Below, piece by piece: positions 46,301 through 51,689 of a stretch of DNA of 64,000 nucleotides. The notes under the pieces are model-generated. The model was not told where the DNA came from. It worked only from the letters and a program-made list of their open reading frames with translations, and searched no databases. The stretch is taken from contig JBDRCZ010000027.1 in the NCBI GenBank assembly GCA_043821285.1, positions 18,988-82,987 on the forward strand, given 5' to 3'. Numbering within the stretch: position 1 is the first letter of the stretch; the number at the start of each line of letters is the position of its first letter. Source of the DNA: Candidatus Omnitrophota bacterium. GTDB lineage: Bacteria > Omnitrophota > Gorgyraeia > B26-G9 > JBDRCZ01. A program made the position numbers and the translations under genes.

Positions 46301-47381
46301 GACTGTTAGAAAAGAGTACTTTGCGGGTATTTTAACAGCGGCTCAACAAAATACACTTTTTACAAATCTAATAAATGCAGGCTACATAAATGAGCAGGGT
46401 GACATTCAAAATAAATTTTTTCAAGGTGACGATAGAATAACCACACCCTCTCAATTGCCATTAACTAATATTGATGGTTGTGAAGATGCGGATGCAGATA
46501 TAAGAGTAAAAATATATGATATTTTACAAAATACTCGCAGTTCCCGGGTTATTTCTGAGTTTGCACGTTCATTCGTGCTTTCGCTAATAGTCTTATTGCT
46601 ATTTTACTGGACACCAGTATTAGGAAGTTTAAATATAATCGGAATGGACGGGCTAAATGTCTTGGTATTTACTAATAACGCATTTTTGGCAGTAGGTATG
46701 TTTTTACTGGCTGTTTTTATCTACTATGGAATTGGGTTGATTATTAGAGGTGCCGAATATCATGGAGTACTGGGCACAAGGTTATTAATTGAAAAGATCT
46801 ACGCGGTGTTTGGGAAGAAAAAGAAAGTAGGCTTAAAGAATGAATTAGATTTTCAATACGGCCGGTTTTTAAGCTTAGAGCAGCAGGATATAATTTCACC
46901 TTTTACAAATATCACACAGGCGGCGGATTATACATTAATTCAGGCGCTTTTTACTGAGGTAAAACTTAATATTAATCTAAAAAGCTATGCTTATGCACGA
47001 CAAAGACTTGAGCTGATAAAACAGTATTTGGATAGATATGATGATGATGAGCAGCCTTACGGAGCACCTGCTCCACAACCTGTCGGTCAGTCTTTAGGGT
47101 ATGCAGGGATACATGGTTTTAATGCACCACAGATTGTATTTTGGCTCTTAGAAAGATTAGGAGTAGATCCTAAAAAGCCACTAGGGAGCAAACTCTGTGA
47201 ATTTCTTGCTGAAACACTAAGTTTTTTAAATGGACAAGGGACTCCTGAACCTCCTGAAAATCCTGAGAAAAGAGAGGAAGCTCTGTCCGTGGCTGATCCT
47301 AATCAGGTGCTGAATGGCAGGATACCAGGAATAGAACGATTACACTTAGGGGATGCATATTTAGTGCAGGAGGCGATTTAA
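25353..47381 (+). CDS. giant 7342-aa multidomain membrane protein (leader, SecA ATPase, coiled coil, P/T linker, repeats, M23 peptidase, GT2-like multi-TM region)
   Basis: uninterrupted 22-kb ORF; SecA motifs GEGKT, EFGFDYLKDN, VDEVD, RTPLIIS, GLHQAIEAK, RQGQPG; M23 motifs HGIDI..GTPVYAIADG and STGPHLH; SED and RW motifs among TM helices. Confidence 0.92.
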   Translation: MTGLKHKIWFKAIAFILIQAFLCLDLSFAAGGDLKNVNSLLAPTIKLDELEEVFNKKYVAESPEEQILTQNFNIKLRKTKKTTEQGTAVSITEEQAECIRAARTGLLNEFTNKVFKRYLTAVQINVREFLPNMAQHMSRAEINIDVVVLGNETAVRLALYHGALHGILAEERGTAETPEERFLEEVFVVQKELEYLNSLSEKEQDNYLKFLKNSYRINHAAFLKLYSRYKEKVKEAEDKGEAPDLRVILSMIASYVKQVSRRDNDFGQINFDMRTNKAKDEVRKVVEGIEIAKETSAGAETSEADVEPNTAAISAEELEEEAKTLIKRFIDIVLTVTGINLIKRIYNYLREKLYLWNKSRKQRKIERRNGELEKIDQDDPDYQDTLFKLWKLQGYDIKSLRPLYALARRVDKRYAALKQELETGNEHMIAGKSRALKDTVTLRVNKLAENDTRNRSKLLEQVLNENNYALLIEALALVQAAFNQVKEIKLYDVQIIAAIAANKGDGQIIRLLPGEGKTYVGAAYAYLNTLDGAKVHMHTTSEYYAKRDAEDVRGVLELLGLSAACLEKENEEKKEAYAADVLYGEKSEFGFDYLKDNLKYESKEKVMHGLYRAMVDEVDYNIQDDGRTPLIISARSVENISEVLYIAVNDVVAGLIREQAEQELEEDERYYVLENLPGDTTPEKAANYTTHSVVFTETGLKAFEKRLLEKGLAEFSKDDFLFSKTHYYIFSMAVQALRAHKLWCIDKDYCINEDKKVEQEKDSQEGDQRADTKDKEPKKGQVVLIDESSGRLMEGRTLSHGLHQAIEAKHLREVITADERTTLEIKTITPRSEAQGSITVESFYKLYEKLSGMSGTVDENEARLWGRQGKEVVRVPSNTLRQLKEHADRLYLTNRERFAAMAEAAQDKQTRGQPVVLGVLTPEDADLLSGMIEELGIEHETLDARNQKDEERIIAHAGRKGRVTIVTNIAGRATNIVLGGKKEIRIQELISEESLSAETAEKRYKDEKQEVIALGGLCVFIAGRQPSSRGDEQFETRAARQGQPGESGHFLSADDPLFEQTGTNKKVRELIEYYQSEEGKGVVVTHVFRKVIHEAQKRLSQVRLHEKKQTQKYEEVLANQRETFYRLRDRFLEEPQETLLEFVEQAIDLIFRDAEDIEKQLALDPELAKYKTGILDEVNEIKKQGKDIKDIARNEGIVREDELSRLTNSGVLRLMLQRQFIRDKFAVFLNIGLTNEQLTFSKEQLKNAVTQALEHRAILARLILQMLDLSWQRHLGDIEELKWAINFRPGDEQKKAAEFGIDAFKTFQAMRDENYLDVCGVVYKGWKRYFRAKAKMIGRQKEEDGEVPEEVQERLKDLDERLGGKWDFLSSRSGQAAATGGVTVVGLSGIVYGYAAPMIQQSLHDAKIEQMNEVLEALQVLDITKATQLIEKYNLEDTFNLGVNEEQLQQEKDLKIIEIVLSSDYTIEDEEGGRYLSVSKTDAETGEEEQTEKIALTSEDDENLVTRLEEIKNNPSEIDKVAQVIKLIIEKGLLESLGGDEAVDANTGTATANQDGQENGAAGETGELLSAEGDEVSDEREGAGQATAGAGGKEGEVSIDEEKAKIEISLQQIIDENEEETVRTLLLKALIKDLIRSENYTYAVQETDEGVYLNIIKIDTETGEKEQIEKITITEEQKTIIETVGVAEEERIKAEKRGPQKPSLSDLFLSSATYLVLTILWLYAAYRKYKHANTKRERYIACLMGLFGVIFVGVGLLGAGPAFNWHASLFAQEVIHPDLLEEPKEEVTGEEIELEEELPELNFLDEVEELKDVRDYIAKRFAELEEDLQKAMGRIDEIIEDELLAKVRYVQAEMDLETAGGKEEEALQDLRDAQQTYDQQVNDFEAATNALIQVLNTEIGSVEEMVEKLDKKIANFTALDERLAERYEKTKELIKGYQQKLVDIREQIETNETTQGDLQEKIRLYEQLNNEIIPKQLADLDESIAFDQACIDALTAAEDKMAGLTANQEAARQKYIDNPITGQKGLISRFKDKLTELNGWITDITTIELPKYDVFITNFNAALQKFNNWLKDFDAGAAKEQAAKTQLEQAKLRYGNPSPPANPTDSNLVNQGWIPALYYDQWWVGVKKGVAEGAQSRAQAELAKAEEGVVQAEELLQSLRAGLDEVRKLPDTIKVPATPTVTPTITPTATVTVTPSPTTTATPLPTGTPSPAATVTPVTSPTGTPIATPSPAPTSEPTTAPATPSPASTTEPAPAAQSQGDTTTETTTTVQLNIGSLNISFARIFGQRGASTGSAGFSIGPYGSGGLACVGLSVMGVLRTADIPDDTTPDTAATTSDTDTTDATDTTTPDGTTDVSPEDTAPVMMDILNAEKIDKVAFFEAMVKVAEFGGATFIQRGGEEDIVIVKDVDGTVLYENSYKEWMGHVGSGHVFVGVSGAKAYREAVTRGGYSEITENNGVRKITYSTVQNGYTELLGSGATAESRTSPTKRYMEVNVHGATVLAQMLTVGGYMQKDYNGNPDIVAVHLSRAVEIDGITSDIFFVTPVATAPPGDPGDPYSAVYPDMTPGIEGTNNVLNAMKGSYSFEVQGDWTVWTSVDVNTGVVTQFRTPAMPQTTGHDFPQTGGLAGVDALLNAIGDETTNRHSYSFEVEENRIVLTVVNVDTGEITTSYLTKAADGTPIGIDIDDKGGVAARSRIKKALENSYAIEIQNVNGKLRAYWTVVDVDTGKVIDDFYTAASSTITPGWDFPLTGGKAGITKIIAALNGSYCILDSNNGVTKWLVVDVTTGAKQYFYTATTGDKPVPGYDIPDIGGKQGLDLIVTRALSKQYEIVLQTDKEVAQWKIYNIATGEEIIGQGFFTAANPNSPAAAGGMIYAVDEDSKYNFDKQGGREDLKNVIFALEHSYIFKDLGDGRIEWTVVSDEADGTYKVTKFFTRKIDNIIPEYKLDTVGGLKAIELILQALNSSYKIVKTENGVTEWLMVDVKTGEVKWFHTVAVDKILPGFDIPKVGGIEAVKMITKGLNSAYRILGEVNGVTNWVIVDPEVPPDKGGLEYFYTVALTEAETDEYPEFKVSKVGGKKLAQQWRDYALPGTYKIGERIGPEAPLTNQNVVRFDGGMATIVRVIDTYTGAVKHVFFSPYMTPEEVEELKQKDPTFVFDMTGGKELYERLYNSQAMALGFSFGLTRDEGGVTVSQQLIIFDPDSEAISNSLYVPFMTEAEWSQNPSTRLDITGGIKLLQRIKLAMENAYKIGEQITVTKDGVNLTLQIVRVWDPHTGEAVKDPLTGEMIDHFYMPVIPEELLDIIFEGREEERKEFEESKTLDLASGYKLIEEIIIKEMLEGVYRLGEQSKEKSHLMDVYLIDPDKLDIDTKYVPFLSEAERAQVPEDDLLAQLLSKVDLVGGLGLNEKDRELLKGTYRIVGRLSEEEGTPEKWGGVVHIYNPKTGEVTEEYRPYLTPDEVALNPDFAIPNVGGIESLENWRSGIIDGYLLRPTPIEVKGERKNSFLVRIDTIDIETGERDQFFVSYMTPEELEKELEFKPPFSVSSRFLREVRNSLDTGGFYLRDRDETDEVVEYLVFDGEGNAARELHVFEIPEEYQRIKIPKATAGRGNFELFKRVLREGGFGKRVSEERLALYSVANGHEELIGHIPYIFGDKEIAKGFEKLEIGETVAFPGVDGAQFMLDMITGYGGYIKRISENVVEMGNTNGEIKYAPYTEEEGEPGMEIGEWVPITGKKAAELMDYLATDSNGGRITRIDEYFSEVKVFYEDRTDRFVVPYVPLKYRSEHEWDELKQRMQEQFGLNEEEMQQIEGVIKELKAEELNIGEYVSIFSLKNAETWRQVNEESGYFVRDGDIVRIYNLKSELIGIAPYQNIAELLRQQKQKEGEEPEELKELADGDWVPIFTAEQAEAIIKLTREGGRVKRLSAYIVELQDEYGNHLMLAPFENPKFRKPGRLEQPTLPVGRSIGVGGAKLPRMYSEPTRDGEGNYIYEVTDLIGNKWTEVWNKNAETIIIIREGKVTQTLAFLGDAVDIPAKTLTIDVDGSKILKEYDHERSRESGMRVYKVTELNDEAMPEDDIITYEYFNITGQLVKTEGLTMDTINHEFLKDGQTDVAKSGEKRNKKGELEETFEFAWRVYMGEDSEGNKIYDNVYKVTEVNDEETTEDDVIKYVQYDSRGEARATYYLGTEVVNGTTVDGTVVIDTGASTDILSPEIQKRLKERIRKRIVERYKNEFVDSYIAEHDLTRENFIKLLDANIVERLKLGVVDNPGFREEFEQEINAYLKSVQQQIEDEVAATYDKTYKDKSLKPIYYFKWNEENKGVDILEGLGTKGFVIDSGVRVFSIEDKHVPFALIQEIDNLGDVTREFGIVDGKEQFKIRFGEGLFIVSQEILQALEETEERGAAYTAKLEQSRFIAKQRVSESQEIQYDALPNEWKEKVDKIIADLKEQGFIPPDPQKLTWMEIRTINPEKPDDVLVTSYQAFSKKDTPVIKIGGQYFKYEGDKQAKYESLIDIEVGYEDKLLSLRFDLDLVDENFNWRKRLEALSYHITPHEEVIIDLYSSLLFKDFRNKTDGFWEQRKHLIKDGFFNYDIDWMLNNLKDIARLKAERTETFNYDTYKYDITLLMALEVPAAPVTYMHITNDKGEDVIIGKAELNDIDFTRRLIKSTNMISFYRDEAGKKKAADIPYISMRDFKGNVGVQFYLTDEGPVLGIYSWDFDKHGISDKSMTVFKTTEGWQLLESAFYEGVASMPLKGLDETESMERVFFFNGIRFAENIGFEVNENDLYIEPSKLQETLVAVLADPVNILDRHKIGKNGEGKLALRLDGYKLDDYGKAMGDPKYVAFVLYKKGALISATEAGPLHFGFGNESYVYLYDPGKGFDLPEEQDVLKGLNAAKYSELSWNAQVQKWLGYDMNSWEESNWVAHAWNPRVESFEKAGTIKPETWARYPGKEKTGIFYDVIDHRAGKEGLYMNAHLISSGVLVIEAYERVDSEFMPDAFNIRRVPQLVIYDPNSAHIQKPIISIEQTSGNSLAEFEVSEPILVKEGDGYIWVVRITVNGYEPFDLFKIVQKTEYRYVAINTGTSHGPVLINNQHLSAPADEPDTSAAVVPMFVNPVPDLATYEIWDFEEHEGHGIDIPVVAGTPVYAIADGEVIFSGEDPNGKKGYAVIYVTEIPDDKGQMEKYAVVNGHLDEHGRIEEGQQIFAGDTIIGKSNGAKYQPGVTQDSTGPHLHLGMWRITGLEHYSNQEIVKAILHYNRKSSIDRQIVPKRRVDPEKVLADAGAVDIKEREKAVALAAAQSSQKTPTPTPQRIAYAYAVNGLPVTLSEFYLHQQTGGAAAQETLQQADLSSEQKNGTDNRALYSQNRAENKTENANNDKRNFVMIIAAFLGSRLIMQCIYWGIRYFGLLPKLRKTEEEKLIYNPKNPMAERRRAEKLLWTKPAFSTYRISPENANQVIHELREKQAAEQAGQAEPEDTIVVIIEADDETIIYNLTPAEADELGRALSGNVVSEEKAGINIKIEVENYTYSEGPLEGNCKEQLRHLYYFIMEWRRLENEWAEDDEHLLGGTDEWLNGLDVFSNLLSFYVRRVVFEGEKDSRITEDSNHIFDRMNKHLGELTVFVRELLQEYKNAATDEERTGISGTIGDVLGEKGIKPRKAEFIIPEKNLRIIQQFIQDTIDGRDTDTDTDTDTDTDTDTDTDTDTDTDTDTDTIVREMQSIIGEQLLVISRDDTKVEVTNNNWEKIVVLISNQLDGVEAADITDVVEKYKLFKKREGYDLLPVFAWFLDPIRLLFMFAFSGLGIAIWTNNDFIGGPTVLQFLPELFSAILALNICGVPFWLLGLAGAVLNYIANKVSEKARYPGENPVISFLPRIVPVSWLFGKDVVKGRYTFEIKEGRGWDPTFWRVASYIFRMVCSLGITLGIWFVVIPNLITPGHDIIQWLIAGIVSLIALLDFFGLFFILVNNALFEGIQEAVESNNTSRQMQQDQGIANRIRGLFMSILRLIPMRGLRFLNSLNYTASRPLSIIWQSINYHYLRPTAPAGGWYGQIGAIVFDTLIHIIFYTAVIFIGQQVVQLWLVDRFLLPIDFFGTLKLACGTWMLITGLAILLYACQEGVVAIMSLFRTLHFRAVGIIYFVLALILANSGVLLQPLVDAGILSAGLTAGIFPAVELFLANSVFGVTLGMWLIIGVLLVIFFPSKVKSVAIRLIRPIIRLIRSIIGLKEKIYKDIHDKTAYLFQAGQTIMSRVFSVGVERATEELMSGYRRLIELEAKDIIQGIGTREELRAYLKLLHTRELEYEVTLWHPIQLVVGEKKERAGDDPETLIPPPEVQIVVRSPEEKEQIIKAWNARRIIVSMLAEENNSHDTGINMVEMALQLKQAELDDKIIMFLLSNKYSDRSTEPSRVNYAPKTEYGQRNKFARLIQGVTQIQVEAHYNWTTFGTKALAMTGIDTKPDEVIRIDSTVTLDRNANAYNFPAHIRDVKRIRASRDLAVIVPTRSTTNNLASVGQSSELVERGHGKHLEGVMLLGGTGSEIVQTGWANIALILYGLMLYAYANPNQPIYPPSSRIKGWNSNKGWWEDFWSRNYGLIPIFHNATGISEDLQLAISNISALIALGYSPKIGISEADYYKLREAWVLLEQFTAFGRWANGCMSTDQSQRIQEALYFGSPSLYTKAGAAYRGRFFSMAILFLSFIVALPFSVILGFSSCMGVILSLVSLGAMANQVLTLNGLVAYLANADFNRYMGVIGTMIAGGAIFLWGLNPALLIVGMLIGGYSIGFSRWIYTRGRDIILFPQQLLIHAVAQIYRFTLRFNISATGGFEGVDIREQLVKRPYDNFVNIKWIFWLFGVGGYLLNLYALHVSATLINVIFLLPSLLFFSGLLIGLFVTSVPVGKSIGAWSFLPKTLGWLSGYVILGWLLKWSLLGGGWSLLSSGGVLLIAALLLSWVLRDVQFKGIKNIVSPIHNYLFSKIERMMQKKTVRKEYFAGILTAAQQNTLFTNLINAGYINEQGDIQNKFFQGDDRITTPSQLPLTNIDGCEDADADIRVKIYDILQNTRSSRVISEFARSFVLSLIVLLLFYWTPVLGSLNIIGMDGLNVLVFTNNAFLAVGMFLLAVFIYYGIGLIIRGAEYHGVLGTRLLIEKIYAVFGKKKKVGLKNELDFQYGRFLSLEQQDIISPFTNITQAADYTLIQALFTEVKLNINLKSYAYARQRLELIKQYLDRYDDDEQPYGAPAPQPVGQSLGYAGIHGFNAPQIVFWLLERLGVDPKKPLGSKLCEFLAETLSFLNGQGTPEPPENPEKREEALSVADPNQVLNGRIPGIERLHLGDAYLVQEAI
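31864..32160 (+). repeat. Pro/Thr-rich low-complexity linker coding repeat
   Basis: PATPTVTPTITPTATVTVTPSPT... tract within the giant ORF. Confidence 0.85.
42405..42494 (+). repeat. perfect hexanucleotide microsatellite (GACACT)15 encoding (DT)15
   Basis: 15 exact in-frame copies counted. Confidence 0.97.
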
Positions 47382-47394
47382 CAAGCTGCATGCA

Positions 47395-47660
47395 GCTTAC
47401 ACAGATGATCGCGGATGAGAAGATACAAGATGATCAAAGATATAAAAAGATATCAGATGGTTAAAAAATGACGAAAGCAGAATGACGAAAAAAGAAAGAA
47501 ATTACCACGGAGACGCGGAGGACACGGAGAAAAACTGCAATAAATCAGACAGGATTAAGAGGATAAACAAGATAAGCAATTCTAAAATTCGAAGATTAAA
47601 AAATTTGTTTATTTGATGATTTTATTTGGATTTTGTCATTTGACATTTGGAATTTAACTA
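47395..47660. repeat. mosaic short-repeat spacer between family genes
   Basis: CAGATGA-, AATGACGAA-, CACGGAG-, ACAGGATT- and ATTTGG/ATTTGA-type arrays in series. Confidence 0.7.
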
Positions 47661-47674
47661 TATGGAGGAATATT

Positions 47675-50600
47675 ATGAACAAGTCAGTACGGACAGTTTG
47701 GTTTAAGGTAATTGTGGTTATTTTAATTAATGCCTTTCTTTGTTTGGACATTGCATGGGCGGCTGGTGGTGATTTAAAGCGGATCTTCCCCCTAATTTTT
47801 CCCATAAAGAGTCTTAATACCCACCTTGCTCCTTCCTTAGCATTGGAAAAATCTACGGAAAGAGATAGTCTTGTTAGGGTATATGGGGGGGGTAAAGGAT
47901 GGTATAATATGGCGGTAAGAACAACAGAGACGGGTGGTCATACAGAGGCGGCTAATCAAGATAAGCCTGCTGCTACAGGAAATATTCTAACTTCATACAT
48001 TATTGCTAAAAATACATTTGTAGTATTTGCTGTAGGAGGTATTGCTATCATTCTCGCGCTTATCTTCAGCGGCTGTGTTTTTTCAGATCTTGCAAACTGG
48101 CTCGATAAAAATATCCAAAAAGGACTGATAGAATTTGTATTCATGGTCAGTTTCTTTTTTGATATATTTGCTATCATTGGGCTGTTAGCAAATTTTCGGC
48201 AGGGATTTGATACGTCTTCGTGGTATTATTCTGAAAGAAAAAGCTTAATAAAGCAAAAAACTGATGTTACGAATAGGTTGAGAGGCTTAATAAAGATTAA
48301 TGAAACGGCAGAACGAAGTATGGACTGGCCTTATGAGACGGAATTTGACCCGATTATAACGAGAGAGTTTCGCACCTTAAAAGATATAAGTGAACGTCTG
48401 CGCGGTTTTATTCCGCATGTATTAGACAGGGTAAAAATCTTGGGCCGGGACATAACAAAAGAGAAAATAGAAGGGAAAATTCTCCAATTACGGATTGATA
48501 CCAATAGCCGGATAAGACCCAAGGATGATGGTACCCATGAGCTAATCTATCCTAATGACCAAAGAATGACCGCTATTGTACGCTCAATTAAGGAACATCT
48601 TAGATATAATCCGCGCGGAATTGTTATTAATGGACATTTGGGCCGGCCGCAAGAACAAATACAACAAGTTATTAGAGAAACTATCCGAGATAACCCGAAT
48701 TGTTCACGAGAAATGATAGCTTTACTAGCAAAACTGATAATTGCTGAACGAAAACGTGATCCGGAAACTCTGGAACAAGTGTTAGATAATTCTGCTTATT
48801 ATCGTAGTATATTGCCAAAAGCAATAAGAGGTGAGCTTAATGGAGCGGGGTATACCGTAATAAAAGAAAAGATGAAAGAAGATATTGAGCAGATTGTTGC
48901 TGGTAGAGAGTTGGATACTATTTATGACCGGATAGAAGAAGAATTGCAAAGAGCATTGGGAAGGGAAATAAAAATCCAGAGGGCGCCGGATAGTATTGGT
49001 AGTGATGTGCAAGCGCAGATTGACGGTTTACAAAATGAGGCAATTCTCGGACTGCCAAATGTCAGGTTTCATGAAGAAGAGGAGATTTTTGCCGTAGGAG
49101 TCATGTTAGAGGAACTATTAACAAGTTTAGACAACGTTGGATATGTGCGTAACGACACAATACTCGAGTTTGAGGATAGAGTAAAACACCTCTATGACCG
49201 GTCACGGCTGTTCTTTGCTTTAGATGAGCTCAGCGCTATTGTAAGGAAATTAATCGGTGATGTTAATGAAGAGGAATTTAGTGGAATTGTTGATGATACA
49301 AGTCGGCTTTTCGAGGCTTTAGTCAACAATCAGTATATCACTGAACAAGGCGGCATTCTAGACAGATTTGGCAGGGTAAGAATATTTTCTGATATGCAAA
49401 TAGAAGGCTATACAGATGAGCAAAAAGAAAAAATTTTTAAGATTTTGCAAAACTGCCTAAAGAGAAATATAATTCAAAAACTTCAACAGGAAGAAACACA
49501 GAAAAGACTTAGAGAGATAAACAACGTCATTAAAGAAAAGGAAGAGGCATTTAGAAAGGAATTTTTTGCCGGGGCCGAGGTTTCCATAATGGATGCTCCC
49601 GGTCCTTTACTACGCAACCATGTCTCAATCGTAGGGCCTCCACAGAAATCAAATACTGAGCATGGGCTGGGTATTTTAGTAGCGGATGAACTGCGTTCTG
49701 TTGGCAATGCCAGAGAAAATCTGCAGGTAATGATTTTTGGCGGCGGAAATGATTTAATTGAAAAATTGATTTTAGTTGAAGGTATCGTGAAGAATACCTT
49801 ACAGCCAGGGGGAATGCTGGTTTTAGGCAGTAGTGCGGAAACTGCTTTTGTGCTAGAAAGAGCGGGTCCTGATAATAGAAGAAAAATTTGTATTAATAAT
49901 ACGGATGAAGAAATTGAGGAAATTATAAAAATAGTTAAAAGAATCGAAAACATTGCTAAGGCTAAGAAGATAACTATTCGTCACCCCATAGTTATAAAAG
50001 CTAGTAAAAGATCATCGGCAGAAATACTTAGTTTACTAAGAACTATTGGAATAGAGGAAGTTGAAGTTGTTAGAAAAGAAGAATTTTCAGAAATTGCCGC
50101 TGATATTGGTGAGGATACAGACAGACTTTTTAATCATTTGATACAATATGGTTATATTACACAAATTAGAAATGAGTATGGTTTAATAACAGATAAATTT
50201 AAAGGCTTAAAAGATCATGCGGGAATGGAGATAGATTTTTTATATGCGGATAAAAAACAAGAAATATATAATATTTTAAATAGGGTAAAACTTAGGGCGT
50301 CTGATGGATGGAGAGTTAGCCAAGGTCAAGGTGATTATGCATTAGATCTAATGGATGATGAAATTAATAGAATTATTATCGATATTCGTAAGGTATTAAA
50401 CGGTAATCCCAAGGGTTTAATCGTTATGCATGGGACAGTGGGGGTAACTGTTCAGCCGTTGCTTACCGGCACAGAGAAATTGCTAATGGGGCTTGCGGAG
50501 ATTTCAGAAGAGGGAACACCGGTAGTTGTCAGCGGAGCCAGTACTACAGAAGTGGCGAGGAGGCTCGGAATAGAATTAGGTCCAAACTCTCGTATTACCC

Positions 50601-51160
50601 CTTCCGGTATTTCAAATTTGCGGGTGTTAGGAGCGAACGATGAGCTTGATGTGCTCGCGTTAAGGTCCGCAGCAAGAAGTGATAAAAAAATAGAAGAGGC
50701 AGAGCAAAGAATAGTAAATGAAAAAAAATGGCAAGCAAGACGTACTATAGGCTTTTTGATGATGTTCTTAGCTTTCTCAGTAGGAGTTTACATATTAGGT
50801 ATTGGTATTATGAATTTTATTGAGACGCATAAGAATTTGACAGTTATTATAGGAATGCTGTTTTTTGCTATACCAATGGGTACTTGGTTTTCCCATAGAA
50901 AATACCATGGCTCCCTCCGGTATGCCTTTGAGCCATATTTAAGTGAGCAAGATAGTTCTCGAACATCGGACCACAGCTCTAATTCTGCTCCTTTTAGAAT
51001 AAATGATGGAACTAAGAGCTCACAGACTCGAAGATTGGGACACATTGATGAGAACGATGGTGCACATGATATGGGGGCAAAAGAGACACCGGTTATATCT
51101 CCACCAGCAATAACTCAAAGAGAATTAGTGGAGTTAAGAGCAATAGAAATGGCGATCTGA
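47675..51160 (+). CDS. leader-family membrane protein with a degenerate phosphoglycerate-kinase domain
   Basis: GGAGG RBS before ATG 47675; LRIDTN, GHLGRP, LPNVRFHEEEE, IFGGG, MHGTVGV are colinear with PGK; TM pairs near both termini. Confidence 0.8.
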   Translation: MNKSVRTVWFKVIVVILINAFLCLDIAWAAGGDLKRIFPLIFPIKSLNTHLAPSLALEKSTERDSLVRVYGGGKGWYNMAVRTTETGGHTEAANQDKPAATGNILTSYIIAKNTFVVFAVGGIAIILALIFSGCVFSDLANWLDKNIQKGLIEFVFMVSFFFDIFAIIGLLANFRQGFDTSSWYYSERKSLIKQKTDVTNRLRGLIKINETAERSMDWPYETEFDPIITREFRTLKDISERLRGFIPHVLDRVKILGRDITKEKIEGKILQLRIDTNSRIRPKDDGTHELIYPNDQRMTAIVRSIKEHLRYNPRGIVINGHLGRPQEQIQQVIRETIRDNPNCSREMIALLAKLIIAERKRDPETLEQVLDNSAYYRSILPKAIRGELNGAGYTVIKEKMKEDIEQIVAGRELDTIYDRIEEELQRALGREIKIQRAPDSIGSDVQAQIDGLQNEAILGLPNVRFHEEEEIFAVGVMLEELLTSLDNVGYVRNDTILEFEDRVKHLYDRSRLFFALDELSAIVRKLIGDVNEEEFSGIVDDTSRLFEALVNNQYITEQGGILDRFGRVRIFSDMQIEGYTDEQKEKIFKILQNCLKRNIIQKLQQEETQKRLREINNVIKEKEEAFRKEFFAGAEVSIMDAPGPLLRNHVSIVGPPQKSNTEHGLGILVADELRSVGNARENLQVMIFGGGNDLIEKLILVEGIVKNTLQPGGMLVLGSSAETAFVLERAGPDNRRKICINNTDEEIEEIIKIVKRIENIAKAKKITIRHPIVIKASKRSSAEILSLLRTIGIEEVEVVRKEEFSEIAADIGEDTDRLFNHLIQYGYITQIRNEYGLITDKFKGLKDHAGMEIDFLYADKKQEIYNILNRVKLRASDGWRVSQGQGDYALDLMDDEINRIIIDIRKVLNGNPKGLIVMHGTVGVTVQPLLTGTEKLLMGLAEISEEGTPVVVSGASTTEVARRLGIELGPNSRITPSGISNLRVLGANDELDVLALRSAARSDKKIEEAEQRIVNEKKWQARRTIGFLMMFLAFSVGVYILGIGIMNFIETHKNLTVIIGMLFFAIPMGTWFSHRKYHGSLRYAFEPYLSEQDSSRTSDHSSNSAPFRINDGTKSSQTRRLGHIDENDGAHDMGAKETPVISPPAITQRELVELRAIEMAI

Positions 51161-51254
51161 AAAATTTGACAACTGACAATTAGAAAATTCGAGGATTATA
51201 AGATTCAAAAAACATTTGGATTTATTTAGGATTTAAAAATGTATTTGGTGAGAT

Positions 51255-51341
51255 ATGTGTCAATTAAAGCAAAATATCTTATTTAAAATAATAGCGGTAG
51301 TACTGATAAATGCCTTTTTCTGTATGGATATTGCCTGGGGC
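51255..51341 (+). pseudogene. isolated N-terminal leader of the giant-protein family
   Basis: MCQLKQNILFKIIAVVLINAFFCMDIAW closely matches the 55592 leader, and the upstream TGTATTTGGTGA-R-ATATG is shared; homology ends at W. Confidence 0.75.
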
Positions 51342-51410
51342 CGGCCTATAGCACTGCTTCACACCGATAGTATCGGAATTCCTGTTGGGAACTTAGTGAT
51401 TTATCTGCGA

Positions 51411-51683
51411 TTAGGAATGCCGGAGATGATGCCGTTCTTTAGCCAGGCGTTCACTGATCCAAGAACGGATAAGACTAAGATACCCCAGCCCCTTATCTGC
51501 AGCGATTTGTTTAAGAGATTTAATCTGCGGTGTATCCAAACGCAAGGAAATGAGTTTCTTTTTTGGACGAACAAATTCTGCTTTTGCTGGGGTGAGTTCT
51601 TCCAAAAATTCTGTGATGCTATGACGATCCCAGAATTTGCGTTCTTCCTCAAGAGACTTAAATTTTGGTATTTTTCTTTTCAT
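51411..51683 (-). CDS. CopG/BrnA-like antitoxin
   Basis: IPKFKSLEEERKFWDRH...ISLRL...GLGYLSLIRSWI; directly downstream of brnT. Confidence 0.88.
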   Translation of the reverse strand: MKRKIPKFKSLEEERKFWDRHSITEFLEELTPAKAEFVRPKKKLISLRLDTPQIKSLKQIAADKGLGYLSLIRSWISERLAKERHHLRHS

Positions 51684-51689
51684 AATTCG

